From a virus (Duplodnaviria; Caudoviricetes), in IMG/VR virus record IMGVR_UViG_3300025759_000110, positions 1-57,197 of that record: DNA of 57,197 nucleotides. The stretch is one strand, 5' to 3'. The position numbers and the translations under genes are program-made. The notes beneath the pieces were generated by a model. That model ran no database searches. It was not told the DNA's origin and saw only the letters and a program-made list of their open reading frames with translations. The number at the start of each line of letters is the position of its first letter. Position 1 is the first letter of the stretch. Positions 33,062 to 44,029 of the stretch are shown here, in pieces.

Positions 33062-36000
33062 TTAACCCCTCATTAAGCTGCCGATACCAAGGAGTTCTCT
33101 GTCCTCCGGAAATAAAGCCGCGAACCGAGCCCTATCCACTGGCCCTGAAGACTGTATGGGTGGCCTTTGTGGGGCCGCAGAAGCCTGTTGGACGGGACTG
33201 GTTGCAGCTCCACCGCCCTGAGTGGGAAGTCGGGCTGGTGGAAGTAGTGACCCTTGCTGGGAACTATCGGGTAAAGCAGGAACCGTGGGCGCTGGTTCGG
33301 GAACCGGTAGCCTTTCGGGAGGCGCACCGCTACCGGGCACCTCTTGCTCCATTACGTTTTGTACGGCAGGCACTGTGCGGCGAATTGAACTCATAATGCC
33401 GTTATCGATTAATCCTTGGATTAGAGCCTGACCAATACGTTGCTGTTCCGCTTCATCTGCACCACGGCGCAAGACCGTTGCAAGAAGCTGCGGGTCTTCA
33501 ACGATTGTAGTGATGACATCCATTCGCAGCGAAGCAGGTAGCTCTGACAGGTACTGGTTTACGACGTTTTGCGCAAACTGCGAACCTGCTTGGCGAGCAA
33601 TCAAGCTTTGTGTACTGCCGCTCATCATACGTTGACCCAATGCACCAAGCTCAGAACCTGAGATACGTGTTGCCAACATAAATAGTGGGCCGACCTGTTG
33701 CGCAAACTCTTCAATTTCGCCCGGTTTGGCGCGAGAGGAGAAGGCTTGGATTTGTGCCATGCGGCCTAGCAAACGACGTGTACGGGCAATGTCGCCCTCA
33801 CTCATAATACCGCGTTCGACCATCCAGTCTGCCAAAACAACATCGTTTGGCGAGTTCGGATGAGGTTCAAACATGGTGCGATAAGCGGACTCAATGTCGA
33901 AGATTGGGCCGTTTTCACCAGCGCGGTTAAAGACGCTGTCCATAATGGAGCGACGGAACCCGTTAATCAGCTCTTGTTTGCTGAAAGTCTGACCTGCAAG
34001 GGGACCGCTTGTGACAGAGAAACCTTCGTCTCCCATATTGTCTACATAAGCCCAGAGGTCGTTTAGATCAGCAAATGGACGCTCGTTTGTTAGCGAGATA
34101 GCACGAGAAACCTGCGTTGCAGGGTTCATTGTCTTGTCTGGCAGTAATTCATACAAACTTAGGATGCCACGACGACGGGTGGCGTCCATCTGACCCGCTT
34201 CTTCTGTTGTTCTTGTCAGAAGCTGACGGGCGGTGCCTATGTTTTCCAAGTCCATCTTGAGTGCAGGCATTGCATCCAATAGACGGGCATTGTCTGGACG
34301 GGCCATCCAACGGCGCAGAGCATCAACATTTAGAGTTTTGCTTTCTGGATCAAGGGCCGCTTGCCGTGCAGAACGGAGCAGCATCTCTGAAGCACCACGA
34401 ATGTCCGCATTTGCGGTAATCATTTCCGTTAGGTTTTCACGAAGCCCCGGAATAGCGTCGATTGCTGCCGAATTGTCATCAAACCAAGAATTAAACGCTT
34501 GGCGGTCAATCATGCGCGTTTGAGGGTCAATAACGCCTGCGCCTGTTGCAGCTTCAAGCAGTGCCTGTCCCGCTGGGCGGTCCCCTTCGCTAAGTAAGGT
34601 AGTTAAAGCAGTACCAAACTGCGCTTGACCAATCATATCTAGCTGTTGCGCTCGCAGATAACCTGCGTCACCAGAGAACATACGGTTTGCAAGCACCCCT
34701 ACAGGAACCGCGGGTGCCCCTGTTTTGCGTGTGCCAAGAACATCACCTGCATACATGCGTGTAAATACGTCGTTGTACGCTCGGCTGTAAGCACGGGCAT
34801 TGTCGTATGCCGCGTTTGCACCTTCTGGGAAAGAGTCGAGGTCCGCGAGCAATGCTTCGGCAAACTCGTATGCAATCCGCGCTTTATCCTGACGACCCGC
34901 CGCTGATAGTTCACGACCCGCTTGTAGAGCAGTATTCCGCATTGCGAAGATTTCAGATGCGTTCAAACCGCCCGTAGGAGCGGGTGTTCCGTCCATCGCG
35001 GGCTGTTGTGTCTGTGCAATAAGCAGTTCTGCCTGACGATCTAGTGCGTTCGCGTAATCGCGACTACGTGGCGTAGACAAACGACCGCGGTTTGAGCTTG
35101 CTTCCTGACGCAGACGACGCACAATTTCTTCTGTGCTACTGTCAAACTGGTCAGTCTTTAAACTTTCCATTAAAGTATTGAAGCGGTCGCCAAAAGTGGT
35201 GCCGTCAATCTTCAAGAAGGCGGCATCAAAGCGAGTTTGCTCTGGTAGAACGGCTCCTCCGCCATCACCATTGCCACCAAAGCCCGGAAGACCCAGCTCT
35301 TGCCCCTTACGGCGTACAAAGTCGTCAATGTCACGCAGCTCTGGAACACGTAAGATAGGATTACGCGCTTCTGGCATACTTTCATCGGGCATCAAATTCA
35401 TCCACTCACGGATGAAGTTTGGTGTATCTGAAGCATTGCCGTTTAGGTCGATAAACTCGTCAATTTCTATATTTTGTGGAATTTGTTTCCACAACGAACG
35501 CTCTTGTGTACGCATCGCACGTTGTTGCGCACTTAGAACTTCGATCAGACGTTCTGCGCTTTCAAGGTTATCGGCGTCTGCGCCCACTGTTCGCATGTTT
35601 TCTTGCAAACGGTTGGTTGCAGCTTGAATTTGACCTGTAAGTTCAGCGTCCCAAAGAGCTGTTTGTACATTCGCCAGCTCACCAAGCGCCTGACGGTCGC
35701 CGTTGGCATACATAAACAGAATGCCGCGACGCAGCGCATCAACAGCTTTTTGCTGGTTAGATTGACCAGTCCCTGTTCCGCCTTGTGTGCCGCGCTCCAT
35801 CTGCAAACGCAGCAATGTGGGGCTGCCTGTAAGCTCTGCGGCACTAAGCTGGATAGGATTACCCGTTTCATCAACTAAGAACTGAGCAAAATCGTCAGAA
35901 GTAAGCAAATCAATGACCGCTTGTGGGTCTTCACCGTTCGCTTCCAACTGCGTCAGCAAGTAATCGGCAGCATCCGCCATCTGAGCGTCGGTTAACGCGC

Positions 36001-37054
36001 CCTGTGCGTTTGCAGCATTATTTGAGCGATACCGTCTAATTAAGTTAACAATACCGTCTTTTGCCAAGCGGATAGCTTGTGGCACACGTTGGAAAGCAGC
36101 ATCGCCAACCAAACCGCCGCCAACACCGCCTACTAACTCTGCACCAAAGCGCACATAAGGGTCGCCCGGAGAGACCTCTTCGGCACCATAAGCTGCGCCA
36201 CCTGTTCCAACGACGGATGTTAGTTCCGCACCAACAAGACCTGTTTGCGCCAGCGCCCCTTGTTGCCCTCTCGCAACACCTCCAACACGCTCAAGGCTGC
36301 TTTCAATACCGCGGACAAGACGCGTGGACCGCGGTGCGACCACATCGGCTGCCAGATTGTCCAATACGGCCCGTGCGCCAAGGTTTACTTTGTTTCCGAT
36401 AAGAAACGGCATCGGCAAGAACGCCAAAGCGCCCATGGTCGATTTACCAGACTCAAACGCTGCGGCGGTGCCCGGAACAAACGTCGGTTCTGGACCAACA
36501 AGCGCCTCTTGTGCAGTGCGGGTTGCCCAATCACCAAAGATTGCGCCTCCAACACCAGTTATAATAGGAACACCAATGCGAACTGCGGCAGTCCATGGTG
36601 TGACAGGAGGAACGCCTGCAACGGCAAGGTTACCTGCTTTCATACCTGCATAAAAACCGGTAGCGGCACCTCCGGCAGGAGCTACTTCACGCGCAAAACC
36701 TTCCCAGAAACCGCCGCCTTCTTGGATCGGACGCCCTTCGGCGTCACGGGCAAATAAAGAGATGATTTGAGCGTCTGTCAGACCGCGGCCCTGTTCAATG
36801 CCTAGATCACGTAAAACACCCGCGTCTCCAGTACGCAAAGCGTCATAATTTAGGTAATTACCACCACGATCTTGAATGCGAGCATCGCGTGAAAGTGTGT
36901 TGGTAAGCATACGGGCAAACCCCGGTACGGGGTCGCCCTCTGTTCTTAGAACATCTACTACCTCTTGGAACTCGTCCCGACCAAAAGTTGCTCGGGGTAT
37001 AAAGAGTTCGTCAGTAGCGGGGACTGTGTTGTCTGGAGTGTTTTCATCAGCCAT
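33062..37054 (-). CDS. Large internal virion (ejection) protein
   Basis: 1330 aa, helical with Gly/Ala-rich hydrophobic segments, at the end of the virion operon. Confidence 0.7.
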   Translation of the reverse strand: MADENTPDNTVPATDELFIPRATFGRDEFQEVVDVLRTEGDPVPGFARMLTNTLSRDARIQDRGGNYLNYDALRTGDAGVLRDLGIEQGRGLTDAQIISLFARDAEGRPIQEGGGFWEGFAREVAPAGGAATGFYAGMKAGNLAVAGVPPVTPWTAAVRIGVPIITGVGGAIFGDWATRTAQEALVGPEPTFVPGTAAAFESGKSTMGALAFLPMPFLIGNKVNLGARAVLDNLAADVVAPRSTRLVRGIESSLERVGGVARGQQGALAQTGLVGAELTSVVGTGGAAYGAEEVSPGDPYVRFGAELVGGVGGGLVGDAAFQRVPQAIRLAKDGIVNLIRRYRSNNAANAQGALTDAQMADAADYLLTQLEANGEDPQAVIDLLTSDDFAQFLVDETGNPIQLSAAELTGSPTLLRLQMERGTQGGTGTGQSNQQKAVDALRRGILFMYANGDRQALGELANVQTALWDAELTGQIQAATNRLQENMRTVGADADNLESAERLIEVLSAQQRAMRTQERSLWKQIPQNIEIDEFIDLNGNASDTPNFIREWMNLMPDESMPEARNPILRVPELRDIDDFVRRKGQELGLPGFGGNGDGGGAVLPEQTRFDAAFLKIDGTTFGDRFNTLMESLKTDQFDSSTEEIVRRLRQEASSNRGRLSTPRSRDYANALDRQAELLIAQTQQPAMDGTPAPTGGLNASEIFAMRNTALQAGRELSAAGRQDKARIAYEFAEALLADLDSFPEGANAAYDNARAYSRAYNDVFTRMYAGDVLGTRKTGAPAVPVGVLANRMFSGDAGYLRAQQLDMIGQAQFGTALTTLLSEGDRPAGQALLEAATGAGVIDPQTRMIDRQAFNSWFDDNSAAIDAIPGLRENLTEMITANADIRGASEMLLRSARQAALDPESKTLNVDALRRWMARPDNARLLDAMPALKMDLENIGTARQLLTRTTEEAGQMDATRRRGILSLYELLPDKTMNPATQVSRAISLTNERPFADLNDLWAYVDNMGDEGFSVTSGPLAGQTFSKQELINGFRRSIMDSVFNRAGENGPIFDIESAYRTMFEPHPNSPNDVVLADWMVERGIMSEGDIARTRRLLGRMAQIQAFSSRAKPGEIEEFAQQVGPLFMLATRISGSELGALGQRMMSGSTQSLIARQAGSQFAQNVVNQYLSELPASLRMDVITTIVEDPQLLATVLRRGADEAEQQRIGQALIQGLIDNGIMSSIRRTVPAVQNVMEQEVPGSGAPPERLPVPEPAPTVPALPDSSQQGSLLPPARLPTQGGGAATSPVQQASAAPQRPPIQSSGPVDRARFAALFPEDRELLGIGSLMRG

Positions 37055-37057
37055 CTA

Positions 37058-39985
37058 TTAGTTCCCCTGTCCAGTCGCTCGGTTCATAATTTCCTGCGCT
37101 CTTTCCAAATCTGCGGCATTTGCAGTTGTTGAAAGTGTTAGGATTGGGCCAAGCAGACCTTCCAAGCGTTCGATTTCAAACAATTTCTGGCTAAGAGTGC
37201 TGTTAAGCGCACTGTCGATAGGCGTACCGCTTGCACGAAGTGTAAGAATACGCGCTTTTTCTGTGCGCAGCTCTTCTGCCAAACGAGTAAGTTTGCGAGC
37301 TTCCGTTTCTGGGTTGCGGAAGAAGGCGCGTTCGTCTGGGAACAACTGTGCGGTTGTTTCCAAATCTGCGACCGCAAAACGAGGCGATGCAGATAGAGCC
37401 GAACGACCAAATACTCGAACCATTTCGATGTACTGACGGGCATCCTGAGTATCGCGGAACATTTCGCTGAAATACTGCGGAGCAATCGTACCACCGATAA
37501 GACCGTCGATACCCGCATACACCTTGGACCAGAAACCAGTACCCAAACGTGCTTGACGCAGTGCGTCGCGGACGTTGGCCTTTGTTTCTTGGCTCAGTGG
37601 GTTGCCTTCCGCATCTGTCATGCCGCCAACAAGGTCACTTTCCATTGCATCCAAGGCTTCTTGCGCACCCGCGCTGACGCGAGCGTTGCGGTTAACTTCG
37701 TAAGCAATGGTGTTAGACACCTCAAAGCCGTTTGACGGAATGGCATGTTGAACACCGTTGGTATCTGTAAAGGTCCGACCGCCGTCATAACTTGTGTAGA
37801 CGCCGCTTTCGTAGCCTTCACCCGCTGGAACATAAAAGCCACGAGGCGTGATATCTTCTGTACCAAGACGGAACATTGTGGCTGTACCCGGCGTTGCAGA
37901 GTTAAGACGGTTAACATCCGCCACAACCGCCTGCCCTTCAGGTGTTTTGATGTCCACAACACGTGTAATCGGCTGACCTTGAGCATTTGGCATCGTGACG
38001 CGGAAGTATGACGGCGTGACAGAGACGTCACGATCCAAGATATTCATGGTTTCGCCAGTGCGCTCGTTAATCCGAACGACTGTAACGCTGCCATCCTCAC
38101 CTTGAAGCGTTTCAAAGCGATAATCGGGGTCAATACCAAGGAGAACCTGACGATCTTCAAGCTCCAAGGCTTCAAAACCGTTGCGGTCCATACCAAACTT
38201 GCCAAAGTAATCGCGGTCCGTAAGGACAGGAAGACCCTGCAAGTATTGTTTCTGGGTATCATCTAACGCGTTAAAGGCCGCTTCGTTCATACCAAAGCGG
38301 TTGAAGTAATCGCGGTCACTAATCGGAGCAGTATATGCGGTGTAAGCATCTGCGCCATAATTATTAGCGATTGAATTACGTTCCATTGTGGTCAAGTTCG
38401 GTGAAGAACCTGCGCGATATGTGCGGTTACCGATGGTTACATCCATTGTAAGCGTTACCTGCTCACGATCTGTACCCATGCGTGTTAGCTGATCCGCACT
38501 CATGCTGCTTAGACGCAAGCCACCCGCTCTCAAGACATTGTCATAATAAGCAGTACCGGGAACCGCGGCTGTTTGGCTACCGTCCGCTAGTACAAAGTTT
38601 TCTGCACTTTGCGGCGTTGCACTGACATCACCCATGGCGTTTCCGCCCGCTGCGATAATGTCCATATATGCTTGTGTTCCGGGGATCGCGGTCCGTATGC
38701 TACCGTCTGGCATCTGGAAATTTTCCGCCTTTTGCGGAGTGGTAGAAGTTGACGGAATTGCACGAATAGTTACGTTTTCTTCGCCATATGTGCTGTAAAG
38801 CTCTTCTAGCTGATTACGGGTCAAGGGCCGTGTGCCAAGGCTTCTGGTTACAGGCGTACCATCTACTGTTTCCGTAACGGCAACAGAGTAGATATCACCA
38901 ATATCCTTCTCTCCCGCAGCTAATTCGGCCTGACGCTCGGCAGAATACAGGCTTTGTGAGCCTTGTAGTGCCGCTAAATCAAGCTGACGTTGTTCTGCTT
39001 TTTGAGCTTGCTTGAATTTACCAAACTCGCCAGCCCGCGCCCCGATATTACCAAGAACAGGTGTAAAGGCTGATGCCAAACGCTGCGCTGGGGATTCACC
39101 CGGTTGACCCGGAGACGCAAACGCTAGGCCGCCTTGAGCAATGTCGAACAGCATTTGGGCTTGTGTAAGACTACGTTGCTCTTCGAGGTCCGCAGCGCGG
39201 TCCGTTGGGTCGAAGAGCTGTCCGTACAAAGCGCGTTGCTGCTCAAAGAGTTCTTGTTGACGTGCGTTAGGCAGGGCGACGCCGCCCGGTTGCATATACT
39301 GAACCGCGCCGCCTTGGTTAAAATTTACAGGTGCTGGGCCTCCTTGACCCGGCATCATTTCTTCTTGTGGCATATTAACCGTGGACATGATCCCGCCCGC
39401 CATATCGCCTTGTACTGGCGTATTCATCGCTTCGGGTGCCACGCTGCCGATGCCTTGATCGACCAAGGCTACCTGCATGATTGGCTGAACCAAAGTTAGA
39501 ACCGACTCTGGGGTTTGTGCCGCATCGGCATCCCCAACAATCCCAGCAAGCTCTTGGCGTCTCTCTTGTAGAGGTGCCTGATCGCCTCGGATCGTGTTGA
39601 TGATCTGTTCGTAATCTTCGGTTTCCGCCGCTGCATCCAAATTACCAAAAGAACCAGCGGCTTGCTGGAGCATTGATTCGAGGACCGCGGGGTCTATCCC
39701 TTGTTGCATTGCGCCCGCTGCGGCTGCGTCCATCGGCATGTCCTGTGGAACAGGAAGACCTGCCGCAGAAGGAGATGGGGGCATTCCCATACCGCCGGGA
39801 GGAGCTGGGGGAGGTGGCATTTGTGCGGCAGCCATCATTGGGTCGCCGCCTGCTTGCATGGGAATAACACCCCGACCCATCAGGATGTCCTTCTGGGTTA
39901 CTTTGTTGTCGCCACTCAGGTCAGGAAATCTAGCGGCACCGCCGTTCCTAAACATCTGACGATCCATTACGCCTCTATTCATCAT
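37058..39985 (-). CDS. Internal virion (ejection) protein
   Basis: 975 aa, Pro/Met-rich N-terminus with several [FM]xxGG motifs. Confidence 0.7.
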   Translation of the reverse strand: MMNRGVMDRQMFRNGGAARFPDLSGDNKVTQKDILMGRGVIPMQAGGDPMMAAAQMPPPPAPPGGMGMPPSPSAAGLPVPQDMPMDAAAAGAMQQGIDPAVLESMLQQAAGSFGNLDAAAETEDYEQIINTIRGDQAPLQERRQELAGIVGDADAAQTPESVLTLVQPIMQVALVDQGIGSVAPEAMNTPVQGDMAGGIMSTVNMPQEEMMPGQGGPAPVNFNQGGAVQYMQPGGVALPNARQQELFEQQRALYGQLFDPTDRAADLEEQRSLTQAQMLFDIAQGGLAFASPGQPGESPAQRLASAFTPVLGNIGARAGEFGKFKQAQKAEQRQLDLAALQGSQSLYSAERQAELAAGEKDIGDIYSVAVTETVDGTPVTRSLGTRPLTRNQLEELYSTYGEENVTIRAIPSTSTTPQKAENFQMPDGSIRTAIPGTQAYMDIIAAGGNAMGDVSATPQSAENFVLADGSQTAAVPGTAYYDNVLRAGGLRLSSMSADQLTRMGTDREQVTLTMDVTIGNRTYRAGSSPNLTTMERNSIANNYGADAYTAYTAPISDRDYFNRFGMNEAAFNALDDTQKQYLQGLPVLTDRDYFGKFGMDRNGFEALELEDRQVLLGIDPDYRFETLQGEDGSVTVVRINERTGETMNILDRDVSVTPSYFRVTMPNAQGQPITRVVDIKTPEGQAVVADVNRLNSATPGTATMFRLGTEDITPRGFYVPAGEGYESGVYTSYDGGRTFTDTNGVQHAIPSNGFEVSNTIAYEVNRNARVSAGAQEALDAMESDLVGGMTDAEGNPLSQETKANVRDALRQARLGTGFWSKVYAGIDGLIGGTIAPQYFSEMFRDTQDARQYIEMVRVFGRSALSASPRFAVADLETTAQLFPDERAFFRNPETEARKLTRLAEELRTEKARILTLRASGTPIDSALNSTLSQKLFEIERLEGLLGPILTLSTTANAADLERAQEIMNRATGQGN

Positions 39986-41874
39986 CCAAATAACCCCGCT
40001 TTCTGTGCGCCGCCGTAAGCCGACAGACCTGCTATGCCAAGACCCAAGATTTGCTGGGCAGGCGATGCTGTTGGTGCAGTGGTGCCAGTAATACTTTGTT
40101 GAGACGATGGAGCGCCTTTATAAATATCTGACAAGAAACCCACACGTTGATATGGTTCGTAAAGTTGCTGCAACTGTGTCTGGCGTTGTGCTTCCAGAGT
40201 TGCTTGCTGTTGAGCTTGTTGCTGTTTGCCCAGATCGAACAAGAACCCTTGCTCGCGCTGACCCATTTGCTGCCCAAGTTCGCCAAGCGACGCTTGACGT
40301 AGACCAAGCGTACCAAGCGCCTCGCCTTGTGCCAGACCAAGCTGACCGTATTGTGCGCCAAGACCGCCAATACCTTGGCCCAAACGACCAAGAGCTTCCT
40401 GACCCGCCAGACCAAGTTGGCCCGCGGCTTGTGAGCCTTGTACGCCAAGTCCGGCTTGCGCCTGACCCAACTGACCCGCTTGCAAACCAAGCTGTCCAGC
40501 CAATTGTTCGGCACCGATGCCCATTTGACCAGCCTGACCAGCAATCTGAGCCTGTGTTTGTGCGCCCTGAAGACCTAACTGACCAGATTGACCCGCTAAC
40601 TGACCCGCTAACTGAGCTGCGTTCATGCCTGTAGAGGCAGCCAATTGCTCAATATTCATGCCCGTTTGTGCCAAAGCCTGCGCATTTGCGGCAGCCATCT
40701 GCTCACCAGATAACCCAAGCTGACCCGCAACCTGTGCCGCCTGAATACCCTGCGCACCCGCTGCTTGAGCGGCCTGAATACCAGCCTGTGCGCCTTGTGC
40801 GCCAAGTGCCCCAGTAAGTTGTGCCGCTTGCTGACCACGCGCTTGTTGGGTTTCATAAGCCTGCTGTGCGCGTTGCGCGGCGCTTTCAAAGCCCGCCTGA
40901 CGCATCTGCGCTGCCGTCCGCCCTTGCTGTTCAAGGATGTTACGGCCTAATTCTTGTTCCGCTACGGCTTGACGAGAACCGCCAAATGCGCCCGCACCAA
41001 CCGCTTGCGCTCCAACCTGTTGTTGCTGAATATCACCCGCGCGTTGAATATCCTGAAGGGCTTGCTGCACCGCGGCATCTTCATAAGCACTCATAAACGG
41101 GCTAATTTGACCCGGATCAAAGCGTTCAGTTGTGCCTTCTAAGCCAGCAATACCGGTTAATGCAGCACCTGTACCCAAAGCACCCGCCTGACGCAGAGCT
41201 TCTGCGGCACCCGCTGCACTTCCAAGAGCGCCTTGGCCCATCGCACCGTATGTACGTGCGCCTTCGGTAGCCGTTCCAAGCTGACCCGCAAGAGTTTGAC
41301 CAACCCCTGCTCCGCCAAGAGCTGCGCGGTCCGCGACTTGTTGTCCGATGCCCGCGGCAAGACCCATACCGGTCTGCGCTTCAGTAACTTGTCCGGGTAT
41401 TTGATCGTATGCGCGAAGCTGATCTGCCATAGACTGAGCGGCAATGTCCCGTGCGCCTTGGGCCGCGCCTGACATAGCACCTGTCGCGGTTTCTACACCC
41501 TGCGCACCGTAGCCTAAATTAGCTGCAATACCTTCTTGTGCGGCAGTAATCTGGCCCGGGATGTTCTGAATGCCCGTTTCCATGGCTCCGAGGGCCGCGG
41601 TCTGGTAAGGAACCGCCCCTGCCATAACACCGCCAAGAGCGGTTTGGGCATCACCAAGCGTATATCCTGCTTCTTGTAAGTATGGTTGGTATCCACCAAC
41701 CCCTGCCGCTGCGAGTTCGCCCGCAGTGACCTGCAATTGCGACATATCCGCCACGAGTTGTGGCGGAATGGTTATGCCTTGGTCTGCTAATGCCTTCGCG
41801 GATTGTAAGAGGCCAATTTTATAGGCTTCAATATCCGGGGCTTCGCGGACTATCTGTTCGGTAACTTCAGACAT
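39982..41874 (-). CDS. Gln/Ala/Gly-rich ejection (pilot-like) protein
   Basis: 630 aa; GAFGGSRQAV motif, quasi-repeats, hydrophobic C-terminus. Confidence 0.7.
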   Translation of the reverse strand: MSEVTEQIVREAPDIEAYKIGLLQSAKALADQGITIPPQLVADMSQLQVTAGELAAAGVGGYQPYLQEAGYTLGDAQTALGGVMAGAVPYQTAALGAMETGIQNIPGQITAAQEGIAANLGYGAQGVETATGAMSGAAQGARDIAAQSMADQLRAYDQIPGQVTEAQTGMGLAAGIGQQVADRAALGGAGVGQTLAGQLGTATEGARTYGAMGQGALGSAAGAAEALRQAGALGTGAALTGIAGLEGTTERFDPGQISPFMSAYEDAAVQQALQDIQRAGDIQQQQVGAQAVGAGAFGGSRQAVAEQELGRNILEQQGRTAAQMRQAGFESAAQRAQQAYETQQARGQQAAQLTGALGAQGAQAGIQAAQAAGAQGIQAAQVAGQLGLSGEQMAAANAQALAQTGMNIEQLAASTGMNAAQLAGQLAGQSGQLGLQGAQTQAQIAGQAGQMGIGAEQLAGQLGLQAGQLGQAQAGLGVQGSQAAGQLGLAGQEALGRLGQGIGGLGAQYGQLGLAQGEALGTLGLRQASLGELGQQMGQREQGFLFDLGKQQQAQQQATLEAQRQTQLQQLYEPYQRVGFLSDIYKGAPSSQQSITGTTAPTASPAQQILGLGIAGLSAYGGAQKAGLFG

Positions 41875-43796
41875 TAAGCCATGGCCCTCCCGCGGCTTTC
41901 CAGATTACGCATGACCGAGTACATGTTCTGGATGCCATTGTTTAGGTTTCCGTTCCCCAAGCCGCGTACTGCGTCTGTCGTCATGACAAACTCACCCGGC
42001 ATGAGCATTGCGCGGACACTGTCCTGCCCCGGAATACCCTCATTGGGCATGATGCCGCCATTGCGGCGCGGGAAAATCTCGCCACCTTCCGCAGCATACT
42101 GAACAGGCCGTGCAAACGGTCCGCCCGGTGTACTACCTTGAAGGAAGTATTGGTTAGGATTGTAAGTAAATTGTGTTGGCACGTTGTAAGTATCGTAGTT
42201 TGGCGCTCGGATCGTCAGATCGTTAAGTGCCCCTACTGAATAACTGTCACGAGGCACGTATTCACCAGTGTTTGGATCAAGAACCACACTGCCTAGATCG
42301 CCGACTAGGTACTTGCTTGGATCAGCCGCTACCAAATCTTCACCCGTAATAACGTTGCCATCTGCGTCACGCTCTGCAATCCCTAGCTCTTCGGCTGGAA
42401 TTGGCTCAAATGCGCCTGCGGCAGTCGCTGCGGTCAAGCCCGCGGTTGCCAATGGTGCATATGTGCGCAAGAAGCCCGGTCCAAGAGACGAGGCTGTTAC
42501 ACCTTCCGCGGCTTTTGCAGCAACCTGTGTGGCAAGAGAGGGATCGATGCCTTGTGAAATTTGCTGACCAAAGGTTGTTCTCGCTGTATTTGCTTGCGCA
42601 GCGGCAACTTGATCTGCCGTTGGACCCGCTGGGAAGAACGCATCTTTCATGCCTTGTGTAAAGCTTATGTCGTCGCCCGGAGTAAGTGCGCCTCGAAGAC
42701 TTTCTGTAAAGCTCGGAGGTTCGTAAGTCGGAACAGTAGGCGCTGTTGTTGGATTTACTGTCGCACCTGCTGGAATTTGTCCGCCAGAAGGTATTGTAGC
42801 TGTTTGACCGGTGGTCAATGTTACATCTACTGGACTTCCTGTGTTGTTCAAACGCGCTACTGCGGTATCCGCGTTTCTAAGAGCCTCTGTTGCGGTCGCT
42901 TGTGAAGGCGTTTGTGACGTTACAGCGTCGTCGATTACATCTGGAGGCGCATCTCTAGTTGAAATACGAACATTATCAGCGACCGCAGCTTCAGTTGGAA
43001 CATATTCGCTAAAGAAGGTCTGTTTGCCAGCGTTAGCTGCTTGAGCTGCTTCGCCGCCAAAGACATTGGAAAGCGACGTTTGTGCGCCAGAAACAGTCTG
43101 ACCAAAACGACCAATCGGGTCAGCCAGACCAGACTGTACGTTTTCTAAGAATTTACCGGGTCCTGTGAAGCCTTGGAATACCGCGCCAGTTGCACCCGCA
43201 ACCAATGCTGACTTCAAAGCGTCCTTAATAGAACCGCCTTGGATAAGTGTACCAATGCCTGAACCAAGAGCTGCACCGTAAATAGGTCCGAGAGGCGTGA
43301 ACGACAAAGCGATAGGAAGGATAACGGGGGCAACCTTCTTGACCACTTTAACGACCGACTTAACGATTTTCTTTACGGCATTACCAACTTTCTTAAAAAT
43401 CTTTTTTATAAACTTAAAAAATTCGGGAGCGCCTGTTTCAGGGTTAATGCTGTTTGCATCCGAGCCAACAACGTAACGTTCAGGGTCCTCGACGCCCGCT
43501 TCACGTAGTTTTTGAAAAATTGCTTCTTTAAACTCAGGATCGTCTTTAAAGAAGTCGGCAGGAATAACAAGCTCACCAGTTTGAACGTGAGCAATAGTAT
43601 CGTCACCCTCGCGGCCCATTGCCGCCATTTTCTTTGTCAAAGCAGGGAACTGGGCAATGCCCTCATCGCCGTATTCTTCTACGCCGTCATCATCGTCACC
43701 GTATGCCGCTTCGAGTTCGTCATCATCCATGACGAAGTTGCCAATACCACCGTCGGGAACGGTTAACTCTTCAATTTGTTCTGCTTCTAATGCCAT
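41874..43796 (-). CDS. Internal virion / DNA-transfer protein
   Basis: 640 aa; GREGDDTIAHV...INPETGAPEF, basic amphipathic helix, C-terminal DSVRAMLMPGEFV. Confidence 0.7.
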   Translation of the reverse strand: MALEAEQIEELTVPDGGIGNFVMDDDELEAAYGDDDDGVEEYGDEGIAQFPALTKKMAAMGREGDDTIAHVQTGELVIPADFFKDDPEFKEAIFQKLREAGVEDPERYVVGSDANSINPETGAPEFFKFIKKIFKKVGNAVKKIVKSVVKVVKKVAPVILPIALSFTPLGPIYGAALGSGIGTLIQGGSIKDALKSALVAGATGAVFQGFTGPGKFLENVQSGLADPIGRFGQTVSGAQTSLSNVFGGEAAQAANAGKQTFFSEYVPTEAAVADNVRISTRDAPPDVIDDAVTSQTPSQATATEALRNADTAVARLNNTGSPVDVTLTTGQTATIPSGGQIPAGATVNPTTAPTVPTYEPPSFTESLRGALTPGDDISFTQGMKDAFFPAGPTADQVAAAQANTARTTFGQQISQGIDPSLATQVAAKAAEGVTASSLGPGFLRTYAPLATAGLTAATAAGAFEPIPAEELGIAERDADGNVITGEDLVAADPSKYLVGDLGSVVLDPNTGEYVPRDSYSVGALNDLTIRAPNYDTYNVPTQFTYNPNQYFLQGSTPGGPFARPVQYAAEGGEIFPRRNGGIMPNEGIPGQDSVRAMLMPGEFVMTTDAVRGLGNGNLNNGIQNMYSVMRNLESRGRAMA

Positions 43797-44029
43797 TATC
43801 CCGCTCCACCAGTGATACCTTGCGGCATGGTTACGTTAATAATTGTACTTCGCTTTTCTCCTCCAGTCCATGAAGAACCGCACTGTGGGCAATTCCCGTC
43901 TGGGTAAGATGCTATTTCTTCAGGTGTATCCACCTCATTACTACATGTAACACAATGCACCACATCTCGGCTAGTAGAAGGATGCCATTTACTGCCATCA
44001 GGCATAGTAATTACTGTATTTTCACTCAT
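43796..44029 (-). CDS. Small zinc-binding protein
   Basis: CVTC...CPQC. Confidence 0.65.
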   Translation of the reverse strand: MSENTVITMPDGSKWHPSTSRDVVHCVTCSNEVDTPEEIASYPDGNCPQCGSSWTGGEKRSTIINVTMPQGITGGAG

